Assembly: GCF_004010195.1 (NCBI RefSeq)
Contig: NC_057719.1
Coordinates: forward strand, 84,589,651-84,628,706
Length of the DNA stretch: 39,056 nt
Source: Chiloscyllium plagiosum
Taxonomy: Eukaryota
Reading direction: 5' to 3'
The notes under the pieces: model-generated
Told to the model about the DNA's origin: nothing
Seen by the model: only the letters and a program-made list of their open reading frames with translations
Databases searched by the model: none
Part shown: in pieces, positions 20,218 through 33,255 of the stretch
How positions within the stretch are numbered: position 1 is the stretch's first letter
Layout of the letters: each line of letters starts with the position of its first letter
Position numbers and translations under genes: made by a program

Positions 20218-22085
20218 AGAACACAACTAGGAGTAGGACACCTGGCCCTTTCGCCGGCTCTGCCATTCAATGGCTGATCTTTTTGTGCACTCAGCTCCAC
20301 TTACCCACCCTCTTTCACCATATCTGTTAGTTCCTGTATTGTTCAAAAAAAAGCTCTTAGCTTTAACAATGTTTATTAAGTAATGTCAAATACTTCACTG
20401 GACAGGGAATTCCATAGATTTACAATCCTCTGGGTAAATACCTTTTTCAATTCCGTCCTAAATCTGATCCCTCTAATTTTGAGGCTATACCACCTCTGCA
20501 CCTCCTTCAGTGCCAGTACTTCCTTTCTCAAGGAAGGAGATCAAAGCTGCACGTAGTACTCCAGGTGTGGCCTCACCAGCACCCAGTACAGCTGCAACAT
20601 AACCTCCCTGCTTTTAAACTCAATCCCTTGAGCAATTCCATTTGTCTTCCTAATTACTTGTTGTACCTGCACACCAACCCTCTGATTCATGTTCAAGGAT
20701 GTGCAGGTCCTTCTGTAGAGCAACGTGCAGCAATATTTTACCATTCAAGTCATAATGCTTTTCACTGATACACCTACCAAAATGTATGACTTCACATTTA
20801 TTTACATCTTCCAGACCTTTGCCCACTCACTCAATATATCCATGTTCCTCTGCAAAGTTTCACAGTCCTCTGCACACTTGCTCTGCCACTCATCTTTGTG
20901 TCATCTGCAAACTTTGACATCCTTCACGTGGTCCCCAACTCCAAATCATCTATACAAATTGTGAATAATTGTGGTGCCAACATGGATCCCTCAGGCACAC
21001 CACTCATTACTGATTGCTAACCAGGATAACACTCATTTATCTCCACTCTTTGCTTTCTGTTAGTCAAACAATCCTCCATCCATGCTAATACTTTACCGGT
21101 AATGTGATGCAGCAGCCTCTTGTGCAGCACCTTGACAAAGGTATTTTGGAAATGTAGATACACTGCATCCACAGGGTTCCCATTGTTGACTTTGCTCATA
21201 ATGTCTTAATGGAGTTCCAAAAGATTAATTAAGCATGACCTGCCCTTCACGAACCTATTGTGTCAGCAGAACTGGACAATTTCTATTTAGATGCCTTGCT
21301 ATTTCTTCCTTGATAATAGACTTGAGCATCACCCCCACTACAGAAGTTAAGATAACTAGTCTATAATTCCCCATCTTTTGACTACCTCCCTTTTTGAACA
21401 GTAGCATCATATTTGCTGTTTCCCAATCTACTGGAACTGCCTCAGAGTCCAGCCAAATTTGGAAAATTACCACAAGTGCAGTTGTGGTTTGTGCTGCCAC
21501 CTCTTTTAGTACGCTGCGATGCATTCCATCAGGGCCAGAAGATTCGTCTATCCTTGGCTCCATTAACTTGTCCAACACTACCTCTTCCATAATATTGATT
21601 TGTTTCCAGGTCCTTAAGTACTTTTGACTCTTTGTCAATTACTGGCATGATATTACTGTCCTCCACTGTGAAGACCTTCACAAATACCTACTCAATGCCT
21701 CGGCCATTTCATCATATCCCATAACTAAATGCCTATTCTCATCCCCTAAAGCCAATCTCTTTTTCATTTTTATGTATTTATAGACACCTTTTTTTGCTTT
21801 CTGTCTTTATTTTGTGCTAGTTTTGTAAGTGCTATCTTTTTTTTATGGCTTTCTGTTGAGCTTTAAAATTTTCCTAATCTTCTTCTAGTTTCTGTTGATC
21901 TTGGCCACTTTGTATGCCTTCTCTTTCAATTTGATAGCCTCCCTTATTTCTTTAGAAACCCGTAGCAGATTGCCCCTTTTTCTTACAGTCCTTCCTTTTC
22001 ACTGGAATGTACTTTTGCTGAGCACTTCGGAGAAATTGCTTTGAAAGTCCTCCACTGTTCACAATTGTCCCACCATAAAATCATT
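20218..22085 (-). mobile_element. CR1-clade LINE ORF2 (RT and 3' end), decayed
   Basis: Minus ORFs with SSGPDGMHRSVLKE...DWETAN...LFKKG...NYR, VDAVYLHFQNTF...LAWMEDCL and LVRPHLEY. Confidence 0.9.
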
Positions 22086-22354
22086 GGGTGTCTTGGGCGT
22101 AATGGCCTGTTTCCACACTGTAGGGATTCTATGAAAAAAAAAGCCTCTACACATCTCAGTATAATTAAGAAGTATTAGTCAATATCTGCTTTCTTTATTA
22201 CCTTCAACTACTAAGTATTTAACTTTCAATAATAATACTAATCTAATGTTATCATGGGTGTAATGTTTTCAGTGGTCAGAAATACCAGTATACAAATAAT
22301 CAGAAGTACAAATTAGAATATTTAGTTCTGATCTCTTTCTTTCCTGCTTTGTAG

Positions 22355-22422
22355 ATGGAGCCTGTGGGAAAACTTCGCAGGAGCTCTCGAAGAGTCAGCT
22401 TTGCAGAGACCAAAGAAGTCAA
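22355..22422 (+). CDS. KNL1: KNL1 coding exon 4, MEPVGKLRRSSRRVSFAETKEV(K)
   Basis: Acceptor ctctttctttcctgctttgtag|A; donor AA|gtaagt; 68 nt, phase 0 to 2. Contains SRRVSFA, the hallmark KNL1/Spc105 RVSF motif. Confidence 0.95.
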
Positions 22423-22777
22423 GTAAGTGAAAGAGGTGGAGCTTCACAGATTAAAATTCCATTTAACATGAGCAGAATTCTTGACGGTTTACTTGGACCA
22501 AGCTAATTTTAAAAAATTTGACCTTTTATTTTTCTAATCACTGTTCCGAAATATTTCGGGAGCTGGCAAGATTTGAACCTAGCCCCCTCTCTGGTGTTGG
22601 AGTAGGGAGACTGACTGACTGTGCCACGAGAGGGCATGCCAAACTAGTGAATGTTGAAATCTGTGCTTTAGTGTAGACCACCTGGTAGTGGTTAAGTGGT
22701 AGACATCTTGTTCTTTGTTTGTCCCACTGCACTCCTTTAACTATATTAGAAGTTTTTAAAATATATATAGTTGCCAA

Positions 22778-22890
22778 GTGTTAGGTGCATTAGTCAGAGG
22801 GAAATGGGTCTGGATGGGTTATTTTTCAAAGGGTCAATGTGGACTTGTTGGGTCGAAGGGCCTGTTTCCACACCATAGGGAATCTAATCT
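22778..22890 (+). mobile_element. HE1 SINE 3' tail fragment
   Basis: GTTAGGTGCATTAGTCAGAGGGAAATGGGTCTGG...GGCCTGTTTCCACAC...AATCTAATC. It shows the uninterrupted form of the site that is duplicated at 1223-1410. Confidence 0.8.
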
Positions 22891-23419
22891 TTAAGAAAAA
22901 ATCCAGTGATCCATTTGCATGTAGTGAATTGAGTTTTTTATAATCAGGCAGATTTGCAGGGTTTCTTAATCTTTAACAAAGAGGTTAGCTTTAATGTACT
23001 TCATCTAGTCAGAGTAAAACCATAAAGAATATACTCTCTAGCTTTGGCGTATACAAAATATTGTTGGGAAGGATAGATAAAGTAATTTAGGAAAAAAAAT
23101 GCAAGGGCATGCAACCAGTGTAGATTGGTGGTTTGGCTGGCTTCAAGTTGAATTTTGTGGTTTCGGACTTTCCCATAGTTCTTGGGTCATAATTTCAAGA
23201 CAGAAATGGGCAATTTGTCTGTTCTTCTGGGGACAGCATTGCTGTGTGAAATTGTTTTAAGAAATCGCCATTTGCCATACTAACTAATTCCAATCAGCGA
23301 CCAGGAGTCGATGGTCAAGAGGAAGCCCAACTTACCAGAAATGAGAGTCAAAAAGAAACGGCATCTTTAAAAATAAGAGAGATGTCAAATTCTGAGATTG
23401 GGGTGAATCCAATGAGGTT

Positions 23420-24455
23420 CTTGAGGGTAGGAAGCAGAAGGTGATAGTGGAAGGATGCTTGTCAGATGAGAGGCCTGTGACGAGTGGAGTGCTTGGAATC
23501 GGTGCTGGGCCCTTCGCTATTTGTTACCTATATTAATGATTTGGGTGAGACTGTGCAAGACATAAGTTTGCAGATGACACTAAAATAGACAGTATTGTGA
23601 ACAGTGAGGAAGGTTATCAGAAATTGCAACAGGACCTTGATCAGCTCGGGAGATGGATTGAGAAATGACAAATGGAGTTTAATTTAGGCAAGTGTGAGGT
23701 CTTGCATTTTGGAAAGTCAAATCAAGGTAGGAGTTTTATGGTGAATAATAGCACCTTAGAGTGTAGTGGAATAAAGGGATCATGGTGTTCAGATGCATGG
23801 TTACTCTGAAAGTAGAGTCCAGACAGGGAGTGAAGAAAGCTTTTGGCACATTGGTTTTCTTCAATCAGGGCATGGAGAATATAAGTTGGGAAGTTGTGTT
23901 GCAGTTATGTAGGATGTTGGTGAGACTGCACTTGGAGTATTTTGTTCAGGTTTGGTCACATTGTTGTAAGAAGAATGTTATTAAACTGGAAAGTAGAGAA
24001 GAAATTTACAAGGATATTGTATGGACTCAATGGTCTGCTTTACAGAGAGAGCTTGGACTTTTTCTTCAGAATGTATGAGACTGAGTGGGGACCTTATACA
24101 GGTATATAAAGTCATGAGCTGCATGGATAGGGTGAATGCACTCTGTCTTTTTCCCAGATTTGGGGAATCGTAGACAAGAAGGCATCAGTTTAAGGTTAGA
24201 GGTGGAAAATTAAAAGGGAACCTGAGGGGCAACTTTTTACAAAGAATGTGGTACACATTTGGAATGAGTTACAGCAGAAGTGTTTGAGGTAGATACATTA
24301 ACAACAATTTAAAAAGCATTTGGACAAATACACAGATAGTAACAGTTTAGATGGGTGTGGGCCGTGCAAGGAAATGGGGTTAGCGTAGATGGACATTTTG
24401 GTCAGCATGTCTAGTTTGGGCCTGTCTCCATGCTGTAGGACTCTGACTCTTGATT
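23420..24455 (+). mobile_element. HER1/CR1 LINE 3' fragment
   Basis: SVLGPSLFVTYINDL, KFADDTKI, KCEVLHFG and LVRLHLEYFVQVWS remnants, plus a 3' tail. Confidence 0.88.
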
Positions 24456-24524
24456 TGACTTTCTAAAATGCAAAACTTCACACTTTCAGTGTCAACTTGT
24501 AGATTTAGATGAGCACAGCACCTT

Positions 24525-24826
24525 TTAGATTACTTACAGTGTGGAAACAGGCCCTTCTGCCCAATGAGTCCACACCGACCCGCCGAAGCGCAACCCACCC
24601 AGATCCATTCCCCTACATTTACCCCTTCACCTAACACTACGGGCAATTTAGCATGGCCAATTCACCTAACCTGCACATTTTTGGATTGAGAGGGGGAAAC
24701 CGGAGGAAACCCATGCAGTCATTGGGAGAATGTGTGGAGTTTGCACAGTCACCTGAGGCGGGAATTGAGCTGTGGTCTCTGGCGCTGTGAGGCAGCAGTG
24801 CTAACCACTGTGCCACCGTGCCGCCC
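24525..24826 (-). mobile_element. HE1-type V-SINE
   Basis: Reverse complement of the SINE pattern seen elsewhere in the window. Confidence 0.9.
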
Positions 24827-25522
24827 ACTTGTCTATTTCCATATCTCTACCTGTTTTTTTTTTCTCCTCTTGTCAGCATCAGTGGACTGGAGTTCATCTT
24901 TTCCTAATAAGGTGACCCCTTCAACCCAGAAATTATTGACGTTAAAATTCTGAGGGTCTGGAGCATGTGGCAGTCTCCTCTCCAGCGCGAAGTGGAGGAT
25001 CAGCTTTAAAAATATGCAGATTCTTGACTAATGAGGAAGTCAGAGCATAAGACGTAGAGAGGAAAGTGTAGGTTAGAGAGATACAAAGAAGTATTGCATT
25101 CTGCCTGGCAAAGTTGTGATGCTGCTTCTTAAGTTATTTTGTCCTTGGGTTTTTTTAAAAACCCAGAGATGGATTTGCCAAAATGTGAGAAAAGACCCTA
25201 GTTTAACATGGCAGGGGAGTGGTCAGTTCTCCCAGTTCAGTTTTGTTTTCCAGTTTCTTTTAGGTGTAGCAGAGAAGCTGCTGCAGTCCAGAGAAAAGTT
25301 GCAAGCTTCAGCAGATGGTTCCTCTTCTTCCTGTATGAACCTGCGTTTGAATTCACCTTTTGTCAAGGAGTATGTTTATGGGATGTTACAGGAAATGGAA
25401 CAGCTCCCTAGTTAAGTTCTGGTATCGAGTTGGTTGAGTTTTCAAATTGTTTTATTTTTGCTCATTTTTCAACTGTGGTGTTTAAATAAATTGTTTCGCT
25501 TAAAGAGGATCTACTTAAATAT

Positions 25523-25620
25523 AGGTGAAAGTGAAGACTGCGGATGCTGGAGATCAGACTCAAAAGATGCGGTGCTAGAAAAGCACAGCCAGTCAGGCAG
25601 CATCCAAGGAGCAGGAATGA
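25523..25620 (-). mobile_element. PLE terminal-repeat fragment at the truncation point of the 5' LTR
   Basis: GAAAGTGAAGACTGCGGATGCTGGAGATCAGA...CAGGCAGCATCCAAGGAGCAGG is the reverse complement of the PLE repeat. Confidence 0.75.
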
Positions 25621-27565
25621 AGAGCTGGTGCTCGAAATGCCGCCACATCTGTTTAAATATATCCAAGCATTATCTAAACTTGATGAGAAAGATGTAGAAG
25701 CCTTTTTCATCTCATTTGAGAAGGTGGTTAAATAATTGAAGTGGCCAGTGACCAAGTGGATTTTGTTGATCCAATCGAAACTGTTAGGTAAAAGCTAGTG
25801 AGTTATTTGCATCACTACCACAGGAGGTATTTGGGGCAATTGAGGTGACCAAAGCCATCTTAAATGCATTTGAGCTTATAGCAGAAGCTTACAACCTCTA
25901 GAATTGAAGGAGGAACCCTGGTGAAACAAACATTGCGTTTGAAAGGATCAAACAAGCAATTTTGATAGGTGCATAAGGGCTTGAAAATAGATCAAACATA
26001 TTTTGTTGTTAGACTATTTTGGAAGAGTTCAAAAATTCACTTCCTGAAATAGTGAGAACTCTGAAGAGTAAAGAGTTAACTCAATCATCAGCGAATGTTG
26101 TTTTAATTCATAAATCAAACTTTGGCTTCTAACATCAATTACTATTAGGGCTAGAAATTGGGGAAAAGAGAAATCCTCATATGGTAAGGGGAAGGTATAT
26201 CTCAGTGAAGATAAAAATAACTTACTACAGGGTATAAAGGAAACAATGAAGGGGAAAGAAAAGTTGAAAAGCTGCACTGTTTCCACTGCAATAAAAGTGT
26301 ACCACATAAATCAGTGTTGGTGGATTAAAAAAAGCACTGGGAAGATGGATGTAGGAAAACAGGAGAAGAGAGTGAATTTTGTTGAAGTGGTGAAGGAAAG
26401 CACAGTGGAGGCTAAAATGTTGGACCAGAATGTACAACCTGGAGGTTGGTTTTGGAGGAAGTGCCAGATCTTAAACCATTTACTTGCAAAGTTAAGGTTG
26501 ACTTGCAAAGGCCAGGAGCAGCAGGTAAAGAAGTTAGTGTTAAAAAATATGGGATCATCTCAATCTTTGTTGAGAAATGAAATATGTAATTCAGACGGAC
26601 TATTGCCAAAAAATTGGAATTCAGTGCGATAAGAAGTGCTCAGTTATGTAAAATGAGGTTAGGGTGTCCATTGAGAAGTGGTAGTAGGAGTACTGGATGA
26701 ACTCTTGGCACTAGGAATACAATTTGTCCTTACTAATGATATAGCTTGGTCAAAGTAGGAAGGCTGCCTACTGTGGTTGAAAAGCCTGTGGAAAGTCAAG
26801 CAACTGAGGTATTGCAGGAAGTATATCCTAGGACTTTTCCTGACTGTGTGGTAATAAGGTCACAAAGTCACCAGCCGAAACAGCAGTAGAAATCAACGAA
26901 TACAGATAATTCTATATTTCAATCTCCTTATCAGAAACCATGTTGATCAAATGGTTGAGACAAAACAGAAACAGGTGGGGGACAATGTGGATATTTTTAG
27001 TTCAGAAATTAACTGAGTTAAAACAGAAAGATGAACAACTGAAGCAATTGTATCAAAAAGCATACATGGAAGAAGAACCTGAGAGTAATACTCAGGGATA
27101 CAATCTTAAAAATGATGTTTTAATGAGGAAATGGAGAACATTACATATTAAGGCAGATGAGAACTGGGCAGACGTTCATCACTTATTACCAGTGGGTTAT
27201 AGAACATTACAGCCCAGTAGAGGTCCTTCGGCCCTCATTGTTGCATTGACCTGTAGAACAAGGTTATATAAAAAAAAAGGTGATGTGGTTATCGCATGAA
27301 TTACTAGTAGGAGGTTATTTAGGGGTAAGAAAAACTCAAGCTATAAAACAAACATTTTTATTGGCCTGGACTGCATAAGAATGTAGTTATATTTTGCCAG
27401 ACATGTCAGGTAAGTGGAAAACCACAGGCAATAATAAAACCTGCACCTTTTAATACCTTTTCCTGCATTTGAGGAACCTTTAACTACAGTCTTAATTGAT
27501 TGTGTCGGACCCCTACCTCAAACAAAAAGTGGGAATCAGTATTTGTTAACAATAATAGATGTAGT

Positions 27566-27664
27566 AAAAAGTGAGGACTGTAGATGCTGGAGAGTCAGGG
27601 TCGAAAAGCTGCACTGGAGAAGCACAGCAAGTCGGGTAGCATCTGAAAAGCAGGAGAGTTGCTG
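27566..27664 (-). mobile_element. PLE terminal-repeat fragment inserted in the integrase (splits LTIIDV / STRFPEA)
   Basis: AAAGTGAGGACTGTAGATGCTGGAGA...AGCATCTGAAAAGCAGGAGAG. Confidence 0.7.
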
Positions 27665-30649
27665 AGTCCACTAGATTTCCAGAGGCCATTCCATTATGCA
27701 ATATCACAACTGAAAGGATTGTAGAAGAGTTACTGAAATATTTCACTAGATATGGGCTATTCCAATACAATCAGATAATGTGTTAAATTTTAATCAAAAT
27801 TATTCAAGGAAGTTATGGACAGCTTAGGAATAAAATAATTTAAATCCACACATACCATCCTGAACGGCAGAAAGGTGGCATCAAATATGAAAGACCATTT
27901 TAAGGACTTGTAGTCAAGACTATCCAGATGATTGGGATAAAGGGATTCTATTTGTACTTTTTGTAATTAGAGATTCACCAAATGAATCTACCAAATTCAG
28001 TCCATTTGAATTAGTTTTTGAGCATAAAGAGAGAGGAATACTAAAATTGGTTAAGGAGAAATTGGTGAGTCAGAATTCAGAGGCCACATTTGAACTATTG
28101 AGTCAAATTTTAGGGAATGATTAAATAGAGTGGGTGAAGTTGCCTCGACGGTATTTAAAATTATCACTGCATACCATGAAACAAAGAATACAAAATCAAA
28201 AACTCACCATTTTGCTAATGGAGGTAAGGTTTTAGTGTTACTTCCCAGGTGACCTTTTTTTTTTAAAAAAAAGCTTAGTGGATCTTAGCTCGCCTCACTC
28301 AATTCCTTTTGACTTGATATTTGATATGACACACAGATGTCTGTCTGGAGTCTTGTGAATGTGCTCAAAAGGTATTTTGATAGGGAAGGAAAGTAGAAGG
28401 AAAATATGCTACTGGTTACAACACAGTAAAGATCCAAGTTCAGAAGACATTCTGCAAATTGAATTGGACAGACCTCAAATTAGATTGTCCAATGAGCAAG
28501 TTACCAAAACCTTCGGGATAAATTGAGTTACTTTCCAGAGGAAAATTAAAACGACCTGAAAGAGTTATTGCTATGCATGGGGAGGTATGTGTGAATACAC
28601 TGGGATAGACTAATCTAATTACACATGATCTAGATCTAAGAAATGCTGTTCCAATTAAGCAACATTCTGATAAACTTAATCCTCCAAAGCTGGCACAAGT
28701 TCAAAAAGGGATTACACACATGCTGCAAGACAACATAATTGGAGTGAGTTGCAATGACTGGATCTCACCTGTTGTAATGTGCCAAAGCCAGATAGTCCAC
28801 ACAACCATTGGGTACAGTCGCAAAATCAATGCAGTTACAAAGTCTGATTCCACGTTTGTGGACTGTATTGGGATAGATTTACTCAGAGGATACTGGCAAG
28901 TACCTATATCTGAAAGAGTGCAGACAATTTCAGCTTTTGTAGCATTGAATGAACTGTATCAATTTAAAGTTTATTTTTTGGTATGAAAAATGCACCAGCT
29001 GCATTTCAATGACTGACTAATATAATCATTTCTGGATTACCCAATTTGTTTGGTATATATCGACGACTTTTTGAGATTTTTATTTTTGTCACACAAGGAA
29101 GGACCATTTACAGCATGTATCAGGATCTTTCTATCGACTTCGGGAGGCAGGCTTGATCATAAACATGGCTAAATCAATTTACCAAAACCTAAGTCATATT
29201 CCTGGGTCTTGTTATCAGTCATGGACAGATACCCCCACGGAATGTGAAAACAAAAGTAATTGGGGAATTTTCTATACCATCGAAGAGAGCAGGACTGAGT
29301 GGGTTTTTATCAGAAAACTAGTGAATTTTAGCAGTGTTGCTGCTCCACACAGTTACTGAAGAAAAGCAGTGGATGGTAGACTGTCAAAAGGCATTTGACA
29401 ACCTAAAAGCTGTGTTAACCAATTGCCCTGATATTAGCCACACCGAATAATGCAAAACCATTCAAGGTGGCTATCAATGCGAGTGATAGGCCTATTGAAT
29501 ATTTCTTCAGGAAATTGAACATTTATCAACAGAAATATTTGACAATTGAGAAGGACATTTTGATCTTAGTGTTGGTGTTACAACACTTCAGCTTTTATAT
29601 TGCCAGTAATATGTCTGAGACAATCCTATATGAGGATTATAATCCATTAAAGTGTTTGGAGAAATTTAAGGACAAAAATACCAGACTGTTCAGGTAGAGC
29701 TTAGTATTGCAGCCATTCGATTTGAAAATTGTACATGTGGCAGGCCGAGAAAACATAATTGCTGACACATTGTCGAGATTTGGATGAATAAACTAAGGTT
29801 TTCAGTGGCAAGAGAAAACAAACTGAAATAGAATGTAGTACTATATGCTTTCATGGTTAAAGTCAATATAAATGTATTGTAGTGTACTAACAGTAAGACT
29901 AAGGGATTTTAAAATGAAACCATCTTTGTATATTGATAGTTAATTACTTTTAAGGGGGAGAGCTGTGGTGATGATGTCATTTTAACAAGATTATTTTGTC
30001 TTTTGGTTTTGTTTTTGAGAGGTCGTAAAGACAAAAGTGCCAAAATGCCTGAAAAGCCCCTAGCTTAACGGGAGGGGAGTGGCCAGTTCTTCCAGTTGAA
30101 GTTTGTTTCTTAGTTCCTTTTAGCTGTAGCAGAAGCTGCTGCAGTCCAGACAAAGCTTCAGCAGATAGTTCCTGACTGACTTTTCACTCTGAAACCTCTT
30201 CTTCCTATAAGAATCTGTTTGAATTTATCTTTTTGTCAAGGAGAGTGTTTATGGGATTTTACAGGAAGTGGAACAGCTCCCTAGTTAAATTTTGCTATTG
30301 AGTTGGTCAAGTTTTCAAATAGTTGTTATTCTAAATGGTTTTCTTTTTGTTTGTGGTGTTTAAATAAATTCTGTTTTGCTTCAAGCAGTCATTTGACTAA
30401 CTGCATCACGTCTGAAATAACCACTTCACATCAGTTTTTAAAATAAGAAAAGTTAGGGTCACAGCTCTCTTCTTGAAGTATTTTGAGGGGGTCTGGCCTG
30501 GTCCATAACAAAGTGAAGGGTAATCCATCACATTCCTGATTTGTACCTTGGAGATGATGGACAAGCTTTGGGGAGTTGGGTGATGAGTAACTCTCTCCAA
30601 AGGCTTTCCTGCCTTTTACTGCCCTTAGCCCCGACATTTAAATAGCTAA

Positions 30650-31160
30650 ATAAAAACCAAAAGAACTGCGGATGCTGAAAATCAGAAACAAGATCAGAAA
30701 TTGCCGGAAAAGCTCAGCAGGCCTTGGAGCATCTGTGGGGAGAAATCACTTAGTTTTGGGTCCAGTGACCCTTCTTCCAAACTTATGGTAGCTAAAAAAA
30801 GATTGGTTTTCATACAGTATGTGGGGAGGGTCAAGAGGTAAAGTGTAAGCAATAAGTGGAGATGGGGCTCAAAGAGAAAAGAAGAGTTGAACAGATAACG
30901 GACTGTATAAACATCTGCGTAGAATGAATAGCTACCAATGGCTAACAAAGGGTTGTGTGTAAAAGCAGAACATGTGCTAACACCTAGTGTAAGGGTTGGG
31001 GTAAGGACATGGGAGACGTTACCTTAAGCCCTAAAATTGTGGAACTCTATATTGAGTCCAGAAGGCTATAGCATTCCCAAGCAGAAAATTATGTTTTTCT
31101 TTAGGCTTTTGCTGAGCTTTCCTGGTTAACTGTAGCAAGCCTGAGATATTGGTCAGGGTA
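30650..31160 (-). mobile_element. PLE 3' end with terminal repeat and degenerate hammerhead (30751-30780)
   Basis: Minus strand TGGAAGA-AGGGTC-ACTG-GACCC-AAAAC, plus a GIY-YIG C-terminal remnant at ~31035-31150. Probably continuous with 33256-34880. Confidence 0.65.
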
Positions 31161-33255
31161 CAGTCATAGTCATACACCACAGAAACAAATCCTTTGGTCC
31201 AACCAATCCATGTTGACCACAGTTGCAAGTAAACTGGTCTCACCTACCTATATTTGGCCCCTGTCCCTCAGAACATTTTCTTTTTAATGTACTTGTGTTT
31301 TAAGCGGTGTCAGTGTACTCCTAATCACTACTTCTTCTGGAAGTTCATTTCACACATGAACCACCCTTTTTTTAATAAGAAAAGCCCATTGTGTCTTTTA
31401 TAAGTCTTTCTCCTCTCACCTTAAAAATATGACTGAGTGAGTGTTGAAATCCCCCACCTAGAGGAGTGGAAATAAGGGCATTCAGCCCACCAAGTCCACT
31501 CTGCCATTCAATCATGGCTGATGGGCATTTCAATGCCACTGACCTGCACACTCCACATATCCCTTAATTCCTTGTGAGGTTAAGAATTGATCAATCTCTG
31601 CCTTGGAGACATTTAAAGTCCCAGCCCCACTGCACTCTGAGGCAATGAATTCCACAGGCCCACCACACTCTGGCTCAAGAAATATCTCCTCATTTCAATT
31701 TTAAATTGACCCCTCTAATTCTAAGGCTGTGCCCACGGGTCCTAGTATCCCTACCTGATGGAAACAAATTCCCAGCGACCACCCTTTTAAATTAATGCAT
31801 TATCTTAAGTTTCTATTAGATCTCCCCTCAACCTTCTAAACTCTAATACAATCCCAAGATCCTCAGCCATTCATCATTATGTTAGGCCTTCCATTTCAAG
31901 AATCATCCATGTAAATCTCTGCTGGACATGGTCCAGTCCCAGTATGTCCTTCCTGAGGTGTGGGGCCCAAACCTGGACACAGTATTTTTAATGGGGCCTA
32001 ACCAGAGCTTTATAAAGTCTCAATAGCAAATTGCTCCTTTTGCATTCCAACCCTCTTGAGATAAATGACAACGTTACATTTGCTTTCTTAACCGTGGACT
32101 CAACCTGCAAATCAACCTTTAGAGAATCCTGGAGTTCCACTCCCAGATCCCTTTGTACTTTGGCTTTATGAATTTTCTCACTGTTTAGAAAATAGTCATC
32201 CCTGTACTCCTTTCTCCGAAGCACAAGACCTCACATTTGCTCACATTGAATTTCGTCAGCTATTTCTTGGACCAATCTCCTAAACTTTCTAAATCTTTCT
32301 GCAGCCTCTTCACCACCTCAGAATTACCTGCCTGTCTTCTTAACTTCGTATCATTGGCGAACTTCGTCAGAATGCCCTCAGTCCCTTCATCCAGATCATT
32401 AATATATAAAGTGAACAGCTGCAGCCCCAACACTGAACCCTGTGGGACACCACTTGTCACTCGCTGCCTTTCCGAAAACAAATCTTTTATCCCAACTCTC
32501 TGCCTTCTGTCAGATAGCCAATCTACAATCCATGCCAGTAGTTCACCTCAAACACCATGGGCACTCACCTTACTCAGCAGCCTTCCATGAAGCACCTTAT
32601 CAAAGGCCTTTTGGAAGTCTAGGTAGATAACCACTTCCACTGGGTTTCCCTGGTCTAACCTACTTGTTACCTCTTCAAAGAATTCTAACAAGTTTGTCTG
32701 GCACGACGTCCCCTTACTAAATCCGTGTTGACTTGTTCTAATCCAACTGTACGTTTCCAAGAATATAGAAATCTCATCCTTAATGATGGATTCAAGAATT
32801 TTACCTACAACCGAGGTCAGGCTATAATTTTCCATCTTTTGTCTTGATCCTTTCTTGAACAAGGGGGTTACAACAGCAATTTTCCAATCAACTGGGACTT
32901 TCACTGACTCTGGTAATTTTTAAAAGATCACAACCAATGCCTCTATTTCCTCAGCCACCTCCCTCGGAACTCTAGGATGTAGCCATCGAGTCCAAGCGAT
33001 TTATCAATTTTTAGACCTTTTAGCTTTTCTAATCCCAGCTTCTCCCTAATAACTTAAATCTTCCATTCCTGGACATAACCAAAGTAATTTTCTACTGAGC
33101 CCCCTCCAGCTTAATAATATCCTTCCTGTATCTCAGCAACCAGAACTGGACACAGTACTCTAGAACAGGCCTTGCCAATGTCTTGTACAACCTTAACAAA
33201 ACATCCCAACTCCTATGCTCAAATGTCTGAGCAGTAAAGGCAATCATGCTAAACA
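31160..33255 (-). mobile_element. Cluster of CR1/HER1 LINE fragments (main piece ~31460-33030)
   Basis: Minus ORFs PVDWKIAVVTPLFKKG...QHGFSKG.SC.TNLLEFFEEVT...YLDFQKAFDKV, SGVPQGSVLG...FANDTKL and RDLGV...LYKALVRPH. Confidence 0.9.

Larger units (their letters stand above)
25115..30510 (+). mobile_element. Gmr1-like Ty3/Gypsy LTR retrotransposon (gag-PR-IN-RT-RH), decayed, with 4-bp TSD
   Basis: TSD AAGT at 25111-25114 and 30511-30514; TG...CA ends; related LTRs at 25115-~25505 (3'-truncated) and 29964-30510; polypurine tract AAGGGGGAGAG just before the 3' LTR. Gag LFKYIQAL..DEKDVEAFFISFEKV with a CFHC knuckle (~26277). Integrase (HFYWPG, EPLTTVLIDCVGPLP, TRFPEAIPL; 27000-28400) precedes RT (IDLLRGYWQV, YIDD; 28550-29300) and RNase H (29350-29790). 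Confidence 0.9.

Noticed and set aside
22895..23400. Another LTR-like or unclassified repeat
   Set aside because: It looks repeat-like, but I could not identify termini, a TSD or a second copy in the window.
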